From contig JAXGZS010000004.1 of NCBI GenBank assembly GCA_040776805.1, positions 151,215 to 215,214 of the forward strand: a DNA stretch of 64,000 bases. Direction: 5' to 3'. The position numbers were made by a program, and so were the translations under genes. The notes below the pieces were generated by a model. That model made no database searches, was not told the DNA's origin, and saw only the letters and a list, made by a program, of their open reading frames with translations. This document shows positions 18,895-28,768 of the stretch, one piece after another (position 1 is the stretch's first letter; each line of letters opens with the position of its first letter). The stretch is from Clostridiales bacterium. Its GTDB lineage: Bacteria; Bacillota; Dehalobacteriia; UBA7702.

Positions 18895-19311
18895 TCAGGT
18901 GTGTGACGCGCCGAAAAAGCGCGCGATTTCAATTTTGGCGTTTTCGGCGGAATCGGCTCCGTGAATGATATTTTCCGAGGTGCAAAAGGCAAAGTCACCC
19001 CGGATGGTGCCGGCGGCGGCGTCCTCCACCTTCGTCGCCCCCATCAGGCTGCGCACACCCTTTACGGCGTTTTCCCCTTCCACGATCATGGCGAGGACCG
19101 GACCGGAGGTCATAAAGCGCAAAACTTCGGGAAAGAAGGGAAAATCGGCGATATGGGCGTAGTGTTCCCGTAAAACCGCCTCATCAAGGAGGATCATCTT
19201 TGCGTCGGTAATGCGGTATCCCTTGTTTTCAATTCTTGTGATCACCTGCCCCATCAAGCCCCTCTTGACGCAATCGGGTTTCAGCATCACATAGGTTTTT
19301 TCAATGGCCAT
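18895..19311 (-). CDS. ndk: nucleoside diphosphate kinase
   Basis: ERTYVMLKPD-like start (EKTYVMLKPDCVKRGL) and the NIIHGSD-like active-site region (NIIHGADS). Length 138 aa. Confidence 0.9.
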   Translation of the reverse strand: MAIEKTYVMLKPDCVKRGLMGQVITRIENKGYRITDAKMILLDEAVLREHYAHIADFPFFPEVLRFMTSGPVLAMIVEGENAVKGVRSLMGATKVEDAAAGTIRGDFAFCTSENIIHGADSAENAKIEIARFFGASHT

Positions 19312-19521
19312 GACGTTTTACCTCCTGAAAAAATCTGTATATGCTCCATTATAGCATCCACGTCAACCCCTTATAAAGCCGGCGACAGCGGAAAATATCT
19401 GCAAAACCCGCAAAAAGCGCTGAAAAATCAAAGCAGAGATATTTACTTGCTTGCCGCTGTTTTATATAATAAGATCATAAAGAAAAAACTTGGCACGAAC
19501 CGGCAAAAAGGAGGAAACCCC

Positions 19522-19980
19522 ATGTTAAAACCAGGAGACAACGCCCCGGACATTCAACTACTGGATCAGGACGCAAAACCAATCCGACTTTCGGACTTTA
19601 AGGGACAAAAAGTCGTGCTCTATTTCTATCCCCGGGACAACACCGCAGGCTGCACCCGGCAGGCCGTGGCATTCAGGGAGGCCTACGCAGACCTCCGGGA
19701 TCAAGGTGTTGTTTTGCTCGGCGTCAGCAAGGACAGCGTCGCTTCCCATCAAAAGTTTGCCGCCAAAAACAATTTGTCCTTCCCTCTCCTTGCCGACACG
19801 GAGCTTGACGCCATCAAAGCATACGATGTTTGGCAGGAAAAGAAAATGTACGGAAAAACCGCCATGGGCGTGGTGCGCACCACGTATCTCATCGACGAAA
19901 AGGGCATCATCGAAAAGGTCTATGAGAAGGTAAAACCAGATCAAAACGCCGCCGATGTATTGGCTTATTTGAAGGGGTAA
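19522..19980 (+). CDS. bcp: thioredoxin-dependent thiol peroxidase (Bcp-type peroxiredoxin)
   Basis: AAAGGAGG Shine-Dalgarno 8 nt before the ATG at 19522. Sequence contains FYPRDNTAGCTRQA, the peroxidatic Cys motif. Confidence 0.85.
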   Translation: MLKPGDNAPDIQLLDQDAKPIRLSDFKGQKVVLYFYPRDNTAGCTRQAVAFREAYADLRDQGVVLLGVSKDSVASHQKFAAKNNLSFPLLADTELDAIKAYDVWQEKKMYGKTAMGVVRTTYLIDEKGIIEKVYEKVKPDQNAADVLAYLKG

Positions 19981-20105
19981 CCTATGACAAACGCTATCAG
20001 TCTCCCCGGCGCCGCTTTGGCCATGGTAGTGCCGCAGAAAATGGGGAGGAGAACCTAAGATCAGGCGCTGCCCTAAGAAATGATGAGCTGCGAAACACAT
20101 AAAAG

Positions 20106-20154
20106 AACCGGCGTCCGGGTACATCTATGTATACAGGTGCCGGTTTTCTCTTTT
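20106..20154 (+). terminator. putative terminator after bcp
   Basis: aaccggc ... gccggtt stem with an internally structured loop, then ttttctctttt. Confidence 0.45.
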
Positions 20155-20253
20155 AGAGGATTTCAAATGAGTCTCTATCCCGGTATGGTTTGGCCTTTCG
20201 CCCCCTTCGTCTTTGCCCTTTGGCAAGGATATGGCGAAGTGTGGATTTTTGAT

Positions 20254-20281
20254 TTTCATGGACGGAAAAGTGTGCTATAAT
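20254..20281 (+). promoter_or_regulatory. candidate sigma-A promoter with an extended -10 (TGcTATAAT) for the antiporter gene
   Basis: tttcat -35-like hexamer, a 16-nt spacer, then tgcTATAAT at 20273-20281. Confidence 0.4.
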
Positions 20282-20325
20282 CAACAAAAATAGAAAAAAG
20301 AAGGAAGTACAGGGATTCAAACACG

Positions 20326-21369
20326 ATGAAGTATTTAAAATATCTTTTGATTTTTATTCCCATCAGCATCCTCAGTGAATTTTTGGGCTTTTCAGCGACG
20401 CTGATCTTCGTTTTCGCGGCCTTGGCCATCATCCCCCTGGCGGGATTTATGGGGGAAGCCACGGAGGAGATCTCCTTTTATACGGGGCCAAAAATCGGCG
20501 GCTTTCTCAACGCCACCTTTGGTAACGCCACGGAGCTGATCATCTCCTTCTTTGCTTTGAAAGCCGGCTTATTTGAGGTGGTCAAAGCCTCCATTGCCGG
20601 TTCGGTCATCGGCAATATCCTTTTGGTTCTCGGCGCCAGCATGTTAGCGGGGGGGATGAAATACAAATCCCAGCGCTTTAATATCAAAGTGGTGGAAATC
20701 AGCGCCAGTATGCTGCTGTTCGCCATCGTCGGCCTCTGTATCCCGGCGATTTTCACCCATACCGTCAGCGATGTTTTACTGAATACCTCTTACGAAAAGC
20801 TGAGCATCATCGTGGCGGTGATCATGTTTCTTATCTACCTGCTCAGCCTGTTCTTTTCCTTTTATACCCACAAAGATATCTATTCCACGGACCATTCCCA
20901 GGAAAGCAGCGCCAAATGGCCACTGAAAAAAGCCGTTACCGTTTTGGTGCTGGCCACGGCGGTGATTGCTTTGGAAAGCGAATTCCTCGTCGGCGCGGTG
21001 GAACCAATGACGGAGTCTCTCGGTTTAAGCGGCTTCTTTGTGGGGATCATCCTGATTCCCATCATCGGCAATGCCGCGGAACATACCACCGCCATCACCA
21101 TGGCGCTGAAAAATAAAATGGACGTGGCCGTGGAAATCGCCATCGGCTCCAGCCTGCAGATCATCCTCTTTGTGACGCCGGTACTTCTGTTTTTAAGCCT
21201 GCTCTTCACCCCGATGAGCATCATCTTCAATGAATTCGAATTGGTGGCTTTGGTGGTGGCGGTGCTCATCGCCAACCGCGTATCCAATGACGGCGAATCC
21301 AATTGGCTGGAAGGAATTCAGCTTTTGGCGGTGTACCTGATCATTGCCGTCGCCTTTTTCTTTGTATAA
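20326..21369 (+). CDS. Ca2+/H+ antiporter (CaCA family)
   Basis: 347 aa polytopic protein with two alpha-repeat signatures, GNATELIISFFALKAG and GNAAEHTTAITMALKNKMDVAVEIAIGSS. Confidence 0.85.
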   Translation: MKYLKYLLIFIPISILSEFLGFSATLIFVFAALAIIPLAGFMGEATEEISFYTGPKIGGFLNATFGNATELIISFFALKAGLFEVVKASIAGSVIGNILLVLGASMLAGGMKYKSQRFNIKVVEISASMLLFAIVGLCIPAIFTHTVSDVLLNTSYEKLSIIVAVIMFLIYLLSLFFSFYTHKDIYSTDHSQESSAKWPLKKAVTVLVLATAVIALESEFLVGAVEPMTESLGLSGFFVGIILIPIIGNAAEHTTAITMALKNKMDVAVEIAIGSSLQIILFVTPVLLFLSLLFTPMSIIFNEFELVALVVAVLIANRVSNDGESNWLEGIQLLAVYLIIAVAFFFV

Positions 21370-21577
21370 GCCGGCTTACCAATCATCGCCAGTGGTCAAA
21401 GGGGGTATCTCCCGTTATTTTAAAGAAAGTCTTTCGTTCAAGATAAGAAAAATAAGACCGTTTCCCGCTATTTACGAAAAAAACCGTCGTTTTTGCCTGG
21501 ACGATCGCCCTATTTTTTGGTATAATCAAGAAAAAGATGATCCTGTTTCGATACCAGAAGAATGGAGATGATACCAT

Positions 21578-22135
21578 ATGGAAAAAATTAAAATTATCGC
21601 CATCGTTGGTTCTCTGCGTAAAGAATCCTACAACCGCCAGTTGGCCCTGGCGGCCAAAGCAGTCATTGGGGAGCGGGCCGATTTTGAGTTGCTGGACTAC
21701 AGTGACGTGCCCCTGTTCAATGAGGATATCGAATACCCGGCCCCCGAAGCGGTGGGACGGGTCAGAGAGAAGATCAAAGCAGCCGACGGCGTTTGGTTTT
21801 TTACGCCGGAATACAACCACTTTTTCACCGGCGTGCTGAAAAATCTCCTCGATTGGCTTTCCCGCCCGGTCAGCGCCGGTGAGCCCCGGGTTGTCATCGG
21901 CAAACCGGCGGCGATCAGCGGTGCTACCCCCGGCATGAACGGCACGGCAATCGCCCAGGATCACCTGGTGACGCTGATCAGCTTTTTAAATTTGAAGGTG
22001 ATGAACGCACCGCGCCTCGTTATCCCCCATGTGATGCAGCAGCTGAACGAAATAGGAAAGTTGGAGCTCACCGTCAGCGCTCCTTATCTTGAAAAACAGG
22101 CCGCCGCTTTTCTTGACTTCATCCAGAACTCATAA
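21578..22135 (+). CDS. NAD(P)H-dependent FMN reductase (flavodoxin-like fold)
   Basis: MEKIKIIAIVGSLRKESYNRQLA ... GVWFFTPEYNHFFTGVLKN. A TGgTATAAT extended -10 lies at about 21521-21529. Confidence 0.75.
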   Translation: MEKIKIIAIVGSLRKESYNRQLALAAKAVIGERADFELLDYSDVPLFNEDIEYPAPEAVGRVREKIKAADGVWFFTPEYNHFFTGVLKNLLDWLSRPVSAGEPRVVIGKPAAISGATPGMNGTAIAQDHLVTLISFLNLKVMNAPRLVIPHVMQQLNEIGKLELTVSAPYLEKQAAAFLDFIQNS

Positions 22136-22180
22136 TGCATCATTCAAATAAAAAGAATATTTTTTTATCAACGTGAAACA

Positions 22181-22212
22181 GCCCGCCGCATACGGGCTCT
22201 TTTGCGTTTTCA
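22181..22212 (+). terminator. rho-independent terminator after the FMN reductase gene
   Basis: agcccg ccgcata cgggct cttttgcgttttc. Confidence 0.65.
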
Positions 22213-22224
22213 TCTCAATGAAAT

Positions 22225-22262
22225 TGCCGCCAACAGCATGAAACCATGCTGTTGGCGGCAAC
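22225..22262 (-). terminator. 17-bp perfect hairpin downstream of the flagellin gene, probable flagellin terminator
   Basis: ttgccgccaacagcatg aaac catgctgttggcggcaa. A TTTCATT tract follows on the minus strand. Confidence 0.5.
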
Positions 22263-22295
22263 GAAAGATCATTGATACCTTTTATAAGGAACGGG

Positions 22296-23501
22296 TTATT
22301 GTAATAACTGGAGAACGCCCTGGGGCTGTGTGTTCGCCTGAGCGAGCATGGACTGGGCAGCCTGGGTCAAGATGTTGTTCTTGGTCATTTCCATCATTTC
22401 TTTGGCCATGTCAACGTCGCGGATACGACTTTCAGCAGCAGTCAGGTTTTCAGAGGTGGTGCCTAAGTTGTTCACCGTGTGTTCCAAACGATTCTGCAGA
22501 GCACCGAGGTCGGCGCGAGTGCCGGAAACCAGGTTGATGGCGCTGTCGATGGAATCAATGGCCGCGTTGGCGTCATCCTGTGTGGCCACGGAAACGGAAC
22601 TGACACCGATGCCGATGGAGCTCATATCGTCAATGCCCAAGCGAACCTGCTGGTCGGAGCTGCCGTTGGCGCCGATCTGGAACATCAAAGTGCCGGCGTT
22701 GCCGGTAGCGGCCTGGGTCGTCGCGGCCATGGCGGAAGTACTGTCTTCTGCGGCAAAGGTAAGGGAACCGGACAGGGAAACGGTGGTATTCTTCGCAATG
22801 TTAGCGGCGGTTTTTTGCTCAGGAGTAGCTGCGTCATCTTTCAAGATGGCATCCGCAGCTTTTTGGATTGCATTGTTGATATCTTCAGCGGTATATGTAT
22901 TTTCGGTAGCATCCGTACCAAAGGTGACGGTGGCGGCGCCGGTGGTATCGGCAAAGGTAACAGCGATGCCTTTGGCGGCAGTGTTATCCACAGCAAATTC
23001 AACGGAGGCGTCTGTGGTCGTGGACATTACGGTGACCTGTGTCGAACCCATGAGGCCGGTGCCTTTGTTGGTGGCGGAAGTAGAGCCGTCCAGCAAATTG
23101 ATCTTATTGAAATGGGTGGAAGAGGCGATTCTGTCGATTTCGCTCTTTAACGAGGTCATTTCTTTGTTGAGATTTTCACGGTCAACGTCGTCCTGGTAAG
23201 TACCGTTGGAAGACTGCACCGCCAATTCACGCATTCTCTGTAAAATCGAATGGGTTTCGTTCAAGCCACCTTCAGCCGTTTGAATCAAGGAAATACCGTC
23301 TTGGGCGTTGGAAGTCGCCTGGTCCAAACCGCGGATCTGACCGCGCATTTTTTCAGAAATTGCCAAACCGGCGGCGTCGTCCCCGGCGCGGTTGATGCGG
23401 TAGCCGGAAGAGAGTTTTTCCAAGTTTTTGGCGACGGCGTTGTTGTTCGTTCCCAATTGTCTGTACGCATTCAATGCGCTGATGTTGTGTTGAATTCTCA
23501 T
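22296..23501 (-). CDS. fliC: flagellin
   Basis: Start taken at MRIQHNISALNAYRQL (ATG 23501), with GGAGG 8 nt upstream. The first M of the ORF would overlap the Shine-Dalgarno. Conserved N-terminal (RINRAGDDAAGLAISEKMRGQIRGL) and C-terminal (LAQANTQPQGVLQLLQ) flagellin regions are present. Confidence 0.9.
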   Translation of the reverse strand: MRIQHNISALNAYRQLGTNNNAVAKNLEKLSSGYRINRAGDDAAGLAISEKMRGQIRGLDQATSNAQDGISLIQTAEGGLNETHSILQRMRELAVQSSNGTYQDDVDRENLNKEMTSLKSEIDRIASSTHFNKINLLDGSTSATNKGTGLMGSTQVTVMSTTTDASVEFAVDNTAAKGIAVTFADTTGAATVTFGTDATENTYTAEDINNAIQKAADAILKDDAATPEQKTAANIAKNTTVSLSGSLTFAAEDSTSAMAATTQAATGNAGTLMFQIGANGSSDQQVRLGIDDMSSIGIGVSSVSVATQDDANAAIDSIDSAINLVSGTRADLGALQNRLEHTVNNLGTTSENLTAAESRIRDVDMAKEMMEMTKNNILTQAAQSMLAQANTQPQGVLQLLQ

Positions 23502-23703
23502 AATTTTTTCCTCCATGATTTTAATTCTGATGAAACTCGTCCTTGAGCTCCATTTCGTTATTGCGACGTTTCCCGGTTTTTTCAACGGATATCGCGCGTT
23601 ACCATTTTTAAACCAGTAATTTGTCTGCTCATTTTTATGTATCTGCTTTTTCCCTGAGGTTATTTAATTTTTAAAAAAAATATTTTTTTATTAAAAAATG
23701 TGA

Positions 23704-23737
23704 TAAAATAAAATAGTAGATACAATTTTGCCGATAT
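23704..23737 (+). promoter_or_regulatory. candidate sigma-28 (FliA/SigD) promoter for the flgM operon
   Basis: TAAA ... GCCGATAT, a perfect -10 at 23730-23737. The spacer is 17 nt (or 22 nt from the alternative TAAA) against the textbook 15 nt, so confidence is moderate. Confidence 0.4.
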
Positions 23738-23802
23738 AATAAGAAGAGAAATTACTATAAATAAATTTTAGAAAGTGAGGAAGCAGCATCGGTCACTTCA
23801 TC

Positions 23803-24195
23803 ATGGATGAGGAGACCTGCTCTGAAAAAACTGAAATGAAAATTAATCCCGCGGAAATCTTCACAAAAACTAATACGCAAAAGCTCAGCGATTATTCGGA
23901 CAAACAACAGCCGAATCATATTACGCAAGAGCAAAAAACACAAAAAACGTCACCCAATATAGACAAGGTTGAAATTAGCCACATACCCCAAAACAACGAA
24001 AGCACCGATCTTAAAAAGATCCCGGCTGAAATCGAAATGGCGAAACAAGAAATCATCAACAGCATAAAGAAACATCCGGATGTTGAAAAGTACCAAAGAA
24101 TCAAGGAACAGGTTCAATCCGGTAATTATGTGGTAGACGCAAAAGAAACAGCATTAGCAATGATCCACAAAGGGAGTTTTGACGAATTGGTTTAA
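23803..24195 (+). CDS. flgM: anti-sigma-28 factor FlgM (with an N-terminal extension)
   Basis: The C-terminus EKYQRIKEQVQSGNYVVDAKETALAMI matches the conserved FlgM C-terminal helix. Gene order is flgM-flgN-flgK-flgL. Confidence 0.7.
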   Translation: MDEETCSEKTEMKINPAEIFTKTNTQKLSDYSDKQQPNHITQEQKTQKTSPNIDKVEISHIPQNNESTDLKKIPAEIEMAKQEIINSIKKHPDVEKYQRIKEQVQSGNYVVDAKETALAMIHKGSFDELV

Positions 24196-24250
24196 GCAGC
24201 CGATCCGTTTTCATTCTATTTGGGTTTCATCAAGAATGGGGAAATTTTAA

Positions 24251-24733
24251 ATGATAAGCCAAGCTGACGCCAAAGATTATTTGGATTTAATGTGCCGATA
24301 CGTCGATTTTTACAAAGAGTTCACCGCCTTGGAAAAGCTCAAAGTGAAAGACCTCTCCCTCCATCAGCTGGAGCAGCTGGATCAACGTGTCCGAGAAGAA
24401 GAAGCCTTTTTGCTGCGAGCCAAAGGATTGGATCAAAAAAGAACCGCTTTTTTAAACACGTATCAGTTAAACGATAAAAAAATGAGCGAAATCATCCCCT
24501 TATTTCCGCAGCCTTATCAAAGGGATATCCAGCAGAAGTTCGATGAATTGTCCCGTATTCTGCTGGACTTAAAGCAAATCAACACACGCTGCAATACCAT
24601 GACGGAACTTCAGCTTCAGCGCATACAATTGAAGATCGCAGAAATGCAAGACGGATCAACGCGGCAAAACGCCCGTATCAAGATCACAAAAAAAGCAGGC
24701 AAAAAAGACGGCAAGCTATCACAGAAGGTTTAA
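24251..24733 (+). CDS. flgN: FlgN-family flagellar export chaperone
   Basis: 160 aa coiled-coil protein. Its position between flgM and flgK is as in Firmicutes generally. Confidence 0.6.
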   Translation: MISQADAKDYLDLMCRYVDFYKEFTALEKLKVKDLSLHQLEQLDQRVREEEAFLLRAKGLDQKRTAFLNTYQLNDKKMSEIIPLFPQPYQRDIQQKFDELSRILLDLKQINTRCNTMTELQLQRIQLKIAEMQDGSTRQNARIKITKKAGKKDGKLSQKV

Positions 24734-24749
24734 CAGGGGAGGTTAAGGA

Positions 24750-26327
24750 ATGCGCGCAACTTTTTCGGGATTTTATATCGCAAAGCAGGGGCTGAATGCT
24801 GCCCGTGCACAGCTGGAAATCACCGGTCAAAATATCACCAACGCAACCACAACAGGATATACCCGGCAAACCGTCGATACCTATGCCGTAGGCCCCTACA
24901 GCCAAAATACCCGCTATGCCCTGACCAAGGACGCCAATATCGGTCATGGAGTGCAGATCAGCGGAACCAGCCAGCTGCGCGACCCTTACCTGGACGTAAG
25001 GTATCGCCGGGAAAACGCCAAGGTCGGAGAGGCCGCGGCGCAATACGAAGGACTGACCGATTTGGGTTACCTCTTCGACAGCGCCACAGAGGATAGCTTC
25101 GACACCCAATTCAGCGATATCGTAACCCAGCTGCAAACCTTATCAAACAATCCTTCCGACACGGTTTCGGAAAGCCTGGTGAAGACTTCCATTTCCCAGC
25201 TGCTGCAGATGTTCAACAGTTATTCCTCACAGCTTGATTCCCTTAGAGAGCAGCATGTTGATAATTTACAAAACGGCACCCTTTTAACGGCAAACCAATG
25301 TTTATCCAGCATCGCAAAACTGAATCAAGCCATTAAAAGCGCTTCTCTTTCCGGCAATTCCGCTTTGGAATTAAAGGACGAAAGAAATTTGCTCCTGGAC
25401 CAGTTGTCTCAATATGTAAATATCGAGGTTTCTTATTCCCCGGTCAGTGTCGGCGGCGGTGTCAGCGTAGAAGAGCTCTCCGTGAACATGATTGCCCCCA
25501 ACGGCGACAAATTCAATCTGATCGACAACGAAAAATACAGACAGTTTGAAATGACGGAAAACGGCGATACCGTCGGTATCCGCCTGGTAGAATCAAATGG
25601 CGCCGCGGTGAAAAGCAGCGCCAACGGAAGCATCGACCTGACAGACGGTGATATTTCCGATCAATTGAATACCGGTTCCTTTTACGGCGAGTTAAAATTC
25701 ATCAACGGCGAGGGGGAATTCGGCGATCCGCCTTCTAAAGTACGGGGGCTGCCTTATTATCAAAAAATGCTCGATACGATTGCCTTGGAATTCGCGAATG
25801 TCATGAATGAAGCAAATCGCGGGGCAGACGGAACAGAAAAGCCGCTGTTCGCCTCAAGCGTTGATGGAGCAACCATCTCCGCCGGCAATATCACCATTTC
25901 CGAGGAGTGGTCGCAGGCCACCGGAAACTACATAACCACAACAAAAGAGATCGCCACCGGCGGTACCGAAAATACCGACGATAACTCAAATATTTTAAAC
26001 ATGATCGCCCTGTTCAGCCAAAAGAACGCCTTCCAAACGGAAAACGGATACGCCTTGTTCAGCGGTACATTCCAGGAATGCATCTCCAATATCTCCGCCA
26101 CCCAGGGTTTGGAAAAAAAGAGCGTCAGCAGTCAATATGATATTTATACCTCCAACATTGAGGACATCAATACCTTACGCCAATCCATCTCCTCCGTGGA
26201 CACCGATGAAGAAGCGATCAATCTGATCATGTACAATCAATCTTTAACCGCCTGTTCTCGTTTTATGACCACGCTGGACGAGGCCCTTGATACGATCATC
26301 AATAAGATGGGTGTCGTGGGCAGATAA
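24750..26327 (+). CDS. flgK: flagellar hook-associated protein 1
   Basis: Rod/hook N-terminal motif GLNAARAQLEITGQNITNATTTGY. Length 525 aa. Confidence 0.9.
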   Translation: MRATFSGFYIAKQGLNAARAQLEITGQNITNATTTGYTRQTVDTYAVGPYSQNTRYALTKDANIGHGVQISGTSQLRDPYLDVRYRRENAKVGEAAAQYEGLTDLGYLFDSATEDSFDTQFSDIVTQLQTLSNNPSDTVSESLVKTSISQLLQMFNSYSSQLDSLREQHVDNLQNGTLLTANQCLSSIAKLNQAIKSASLSGNSALELKDERNLLLDQLSQYVNIEVSYSPVSVGGGVSVEELSVNMIAPNGDKFNLIDNEKYRQFEMTENGDTVGIRLVESNGAAVKSSANGSIDLTDGDISDQLNTGSFYGELKFINGEGEFGDPPSKVRGLPYYQKMLDTIALEFANVMNEANRGADGTEKPLFASSVDGATISAGNITISEEWSQATGNYITTTKEIATGGTENTDDNSNILNMIALFSQKNAFQTENGYALFSGTFQECISNISATQGLEKKSVSSQYDIYTSNIEDINTLRQSISSVDTDEEAINLIMYNQSLTACSRFMTTLDEALDTIINKMGVVGR

Positions 26328-26358
26328 CTTTTACTTTAAGAAAGGACGAAACGAAGCA

Positions 26359-27678
26359 ATGAGAATAACCACCAGTATGATCGCGAAACAATATCAAAAG
26401 AGCTTAAACAGTTCTCTTAGCTCATTGAACTACTATAACAACCGTGCCACCACTTATCGCAAATTTGATAAGGTTTCGGAAGATCCCGTTGCCGCAATGA
26501 AGGCCTTTCGTTTACGCAGAGAATACGCCCAAAATACCGATTATCAGACGAATCTCAGCAATACACAAAGTTTGATTTCAACTGCCGAAAGTTCCATGAT
26601 GTCCATCAACAGCATGGTACAGGAAGTGACTTCTACCGATTGCCTGCAGGCCATCAACAGCACTTCCGGCGCGGACGAACGCAGCATCATCGCCACCAAA
26701 CTGCGGAAAGTACAGGAATCCATCGTTTCCGTCATCAACACCAAATTTGCCGACACCTATTTATTCGCGGGAACGTTATCCTCCTCCACACCCTTTTCCA
26801 TCGGCGCCAACGGCGAACTTTTATATCGGGGCGCCGATGTAACCACCGGTGAATTGGTCAACGAGGACGGTGCGATTGTCCGCTTCCAAAATGCGAAAAT
26901 CAGCTTTGGCGCTGATAACCAAGGCTTTTTAAACGGATATCAGCTTGAAGTGAATTTGGCCTCGCCACCTGCGGGAACGGCCTTTGAGATTGACGATGCC
27001 AACAAAAAGATTGTACTCAATCTAAATGAAGGCGCAACCCTCAGCGATTTAAAAGACACCTTAACCGCCGCGGGAGCACAAACAGTCAACGGCAATACCG
27101 TTGATTTTTCCAAAGTAACCATAGACGGCGATTTAACCGCGGCGCTGAAGAGCGGGACCTCCCAATCCATCAGCAATACCGTGGACTTAACAGCCCTTGC
27201 CAACGAAAAAACATACGTTGATCTCGGTTTGGGCCTGCGCTTTGACAGCAGCGGTAAAATCATCGAGCAGAGCGCCTTTAACACCTCGCTTCCTGGCATC
27301 TCCTTTTTGGGCTATGGTGAAAACGCAGACGGAATACCGAATAACATCTATACCTTGATCGGTAAAATCGCAGACGGCCTTGAAAGCGCCGATTACTCCT
27401 ATGAAGACATTGAGCCGTATATTAAAAACCTTGAACAACAGCAAGAAAAACTGATGACCAGCGTCACCACCATCGGCGTCCAAAGCAATTTTCTTTCGAG
27501 CACCCAAACAAGACTGGAAAATTCGGAACTGAACTTAAACGAAAAGATTTCCGATGTGGAATACATCGACCCCGCAGAAGCAATTATGGACTTTAAAATG
27601 CAAGAATACTCTTATCGCGCCGCCCTACAGATGGGAACCCTCATTTTGCAGCCAACGTTCCTGGATTTCATGAGTTAA
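26359..27678 (+). CDS. flgL: flagellar hook-associated protein 3
   Basis: ATG at 26359 after AAAGGA. Flagellin-like N- and C-termini. Length 439 aa. Confidence 0.85.
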   Translation: MRITTSMIAKQYQKSLNSSLSSLNYYNNRATTYRKFDKVSEDPVAAMKAFRLRREYAQNTDYQTNLSNTQSLISTAESSMMSINSMVQEVTSTDCLQAINSTSGADERSIIATKLRKVQESIVSVINTKFADTYLFAGTLSSSTPFSIGANGELLYRGADVTTGELVNEDGAIVRFQNAKISFGADNQGFLNGYQLEVNLASPPAGTAFEIDDANKKIVLNLNEGATLSDLKDTLTAAGAQTVNGNTVDFSKVTIDGDLTAALKSGTSQSISNTVDLTALANEKTYVDLGLGLRFDSSGKIIEQSAFNTSLPGISFLGYGENADGIPNNIYTLIGKIADGLESADYSYEDIEPYIKNLEQQQEKLMTSVTTIGVQSNFLSSTQTRLENSELNLNEKISDVEYIDPAEAIMDFKMQEYSYRAALQMGTLILQPTFLDFMS

Positions 27679-27700
27679 TCAAGTGTTGAGGTAAATACAA

Positions 27701-28315
27701 GTGGAACAATTAATAGAGATGCGAACAACTCCTATTCAATTGGAATGGCGTATTCAACACGCAAAATATGAAGTCAAAACAAAAGCCAGTTCCCTTGAAA
27801 TTGAAAGAACCCCCGGTTCTTTTACGATTTCAAACAAAAGCGGAAGGTTACTGTTGGATACGTACGATGCAAGAAGCAGTATCGGTCTGAAAACGGTTGG
27901 GGATTCTGTGCGCCAAAGCGCGGAATTGGGAATCCAAGCCGCCTATGACGCGACTGTAAATTTTGCGGAAGAAGGCAATATGATGATGGATTATTTTCAG
28001 CATGACAACGTTATGGCGGATATTGCCGCCCAGCGCATGGACTCTTCCGTGGAGACGGCTTTGGGCTTCTCCCCCGCTGTCCCCGTGAATATCACCTGGG
28101 AACCGCAGGATTTTTCCATGCGTTATGAGATGGACAAACTGAATTTTGAATGGCATACCAATCAAACGCCGGAAGTCGAGTATGTACCGAGTAAAATTGA
28201 GTACTATGTTTCCTCTTATCCGAAGATTGAGTTTACGTATGTCGGCAAACCCATTTACGTGCCGCCCAGTGCGGAGCCGGGATATGAAAAAGAACCCTTT
28301 GATATGCTGGTATAA
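27701..28315 (+). CDS. conserved protein of unknown function in the flgL-fliW junction (YviE-like position)
   Basis: 204 aa. Same location as B. subtilis yviE, between flgL and fliW. No recognisable catalytic motifs. Confidence 0.5.
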   Translation: MEQLIEMRTTPIQLEWRIQHAKYEVKTKASSLEIERTPGSFTISNKSGRLLLDTYDARSSIGLKTVGDSVRQSAELGIQAAYDATVNFAEEGNMMMDYFQHDNVMADIAAQRMDSSVETALGFSPAVPVNITWEPQDFSMRYEMDKLNFEWHTNQTPEVEYVPSKIEYYVSSYPKIEFTYVGKPIYVPPSAEPGYEKEPFDMLV

Positions 28316-28331
28316 ATAAAGGATGTAAAAC

Positions 28332-28757
28332 ATGAATCAAATAAAGCCTGGGTTTGAACATATTGATCAATCCGATATCATACATTTTCCCGAGGGAATT
28401 CCGGGATTTGAAAATATCAAAGACTACGTATTATTCGCCGAAGAGGATGTCTCTTTTATTATGACATTGCAGTCGGCAACAGCGAAACACCCCTCTTTTG
28501 TCGTGGTGGATCCCTATTGTGTTTTGACCGACTATAAACCGATCTTATCCGAAGCCGATAAAAAATTCTTTCAGGTTCGCCATACGGAAGAATTAAAATT
28601 CCTGTTGGTCGCCATATTGACCGACAATATCCAAGACAGCGTCATTAATCTAAAAAGTCCCATCGCGATTCATCCCGAAAAGAACAGAGCAAAACAGGTA
28701 ATCCTCGAAAATAGTGACTATCCCATTCGTTTTCATCTGTTTAGCCAGACAAAATAG
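28332..28757 (+). CDS. fliW: flagellar assembly factor FliW
   Basis: IIHFPEGIPGFENIKDYVLF ... FVVVDP motifs. Length 141 aa. Immediately upstream of csrA. Confidence 0.85.
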   Translation: MNQIKPGFEHIDQSDIIHFPEGIPGFENIKDYVLFAEEDVSFIMTLQSATAKHPSFVVVDPYCVLTDYKPILSEADKKFFQVRHTEELKFLLVAILTDNIQDSVINLKSPIAIHPEKNRAKQVILENSDYPIRFHLFSQTK

Positions 28758-28768
28758 GAGGATTTGTT

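Noticed and set aside
21383-21964. 193-aa minus-strand ORF
   Set aside because: It overlaps the FMN reductase gene and its promoter and has no motif or Shine-Dalgarno.
22348-23199. 283-aa and 223-aa plus-strand ORFs
   Set aside because: They are entirely antisense to the well-supported flagellin gene and have an Ala/Val-rich low-complexity translation typical of antisense frames.
23586-23613. Sigma-28 promoter for flagellin (TTTAAAAATGGTAACGCGCGATATCC on the minus strand)
   Set aside because: The -10 is one mismatch off GCCGATAT and the spacer is about 11 nt, not 15. It is kept as a remark inside a finding and not annotated as a feature.
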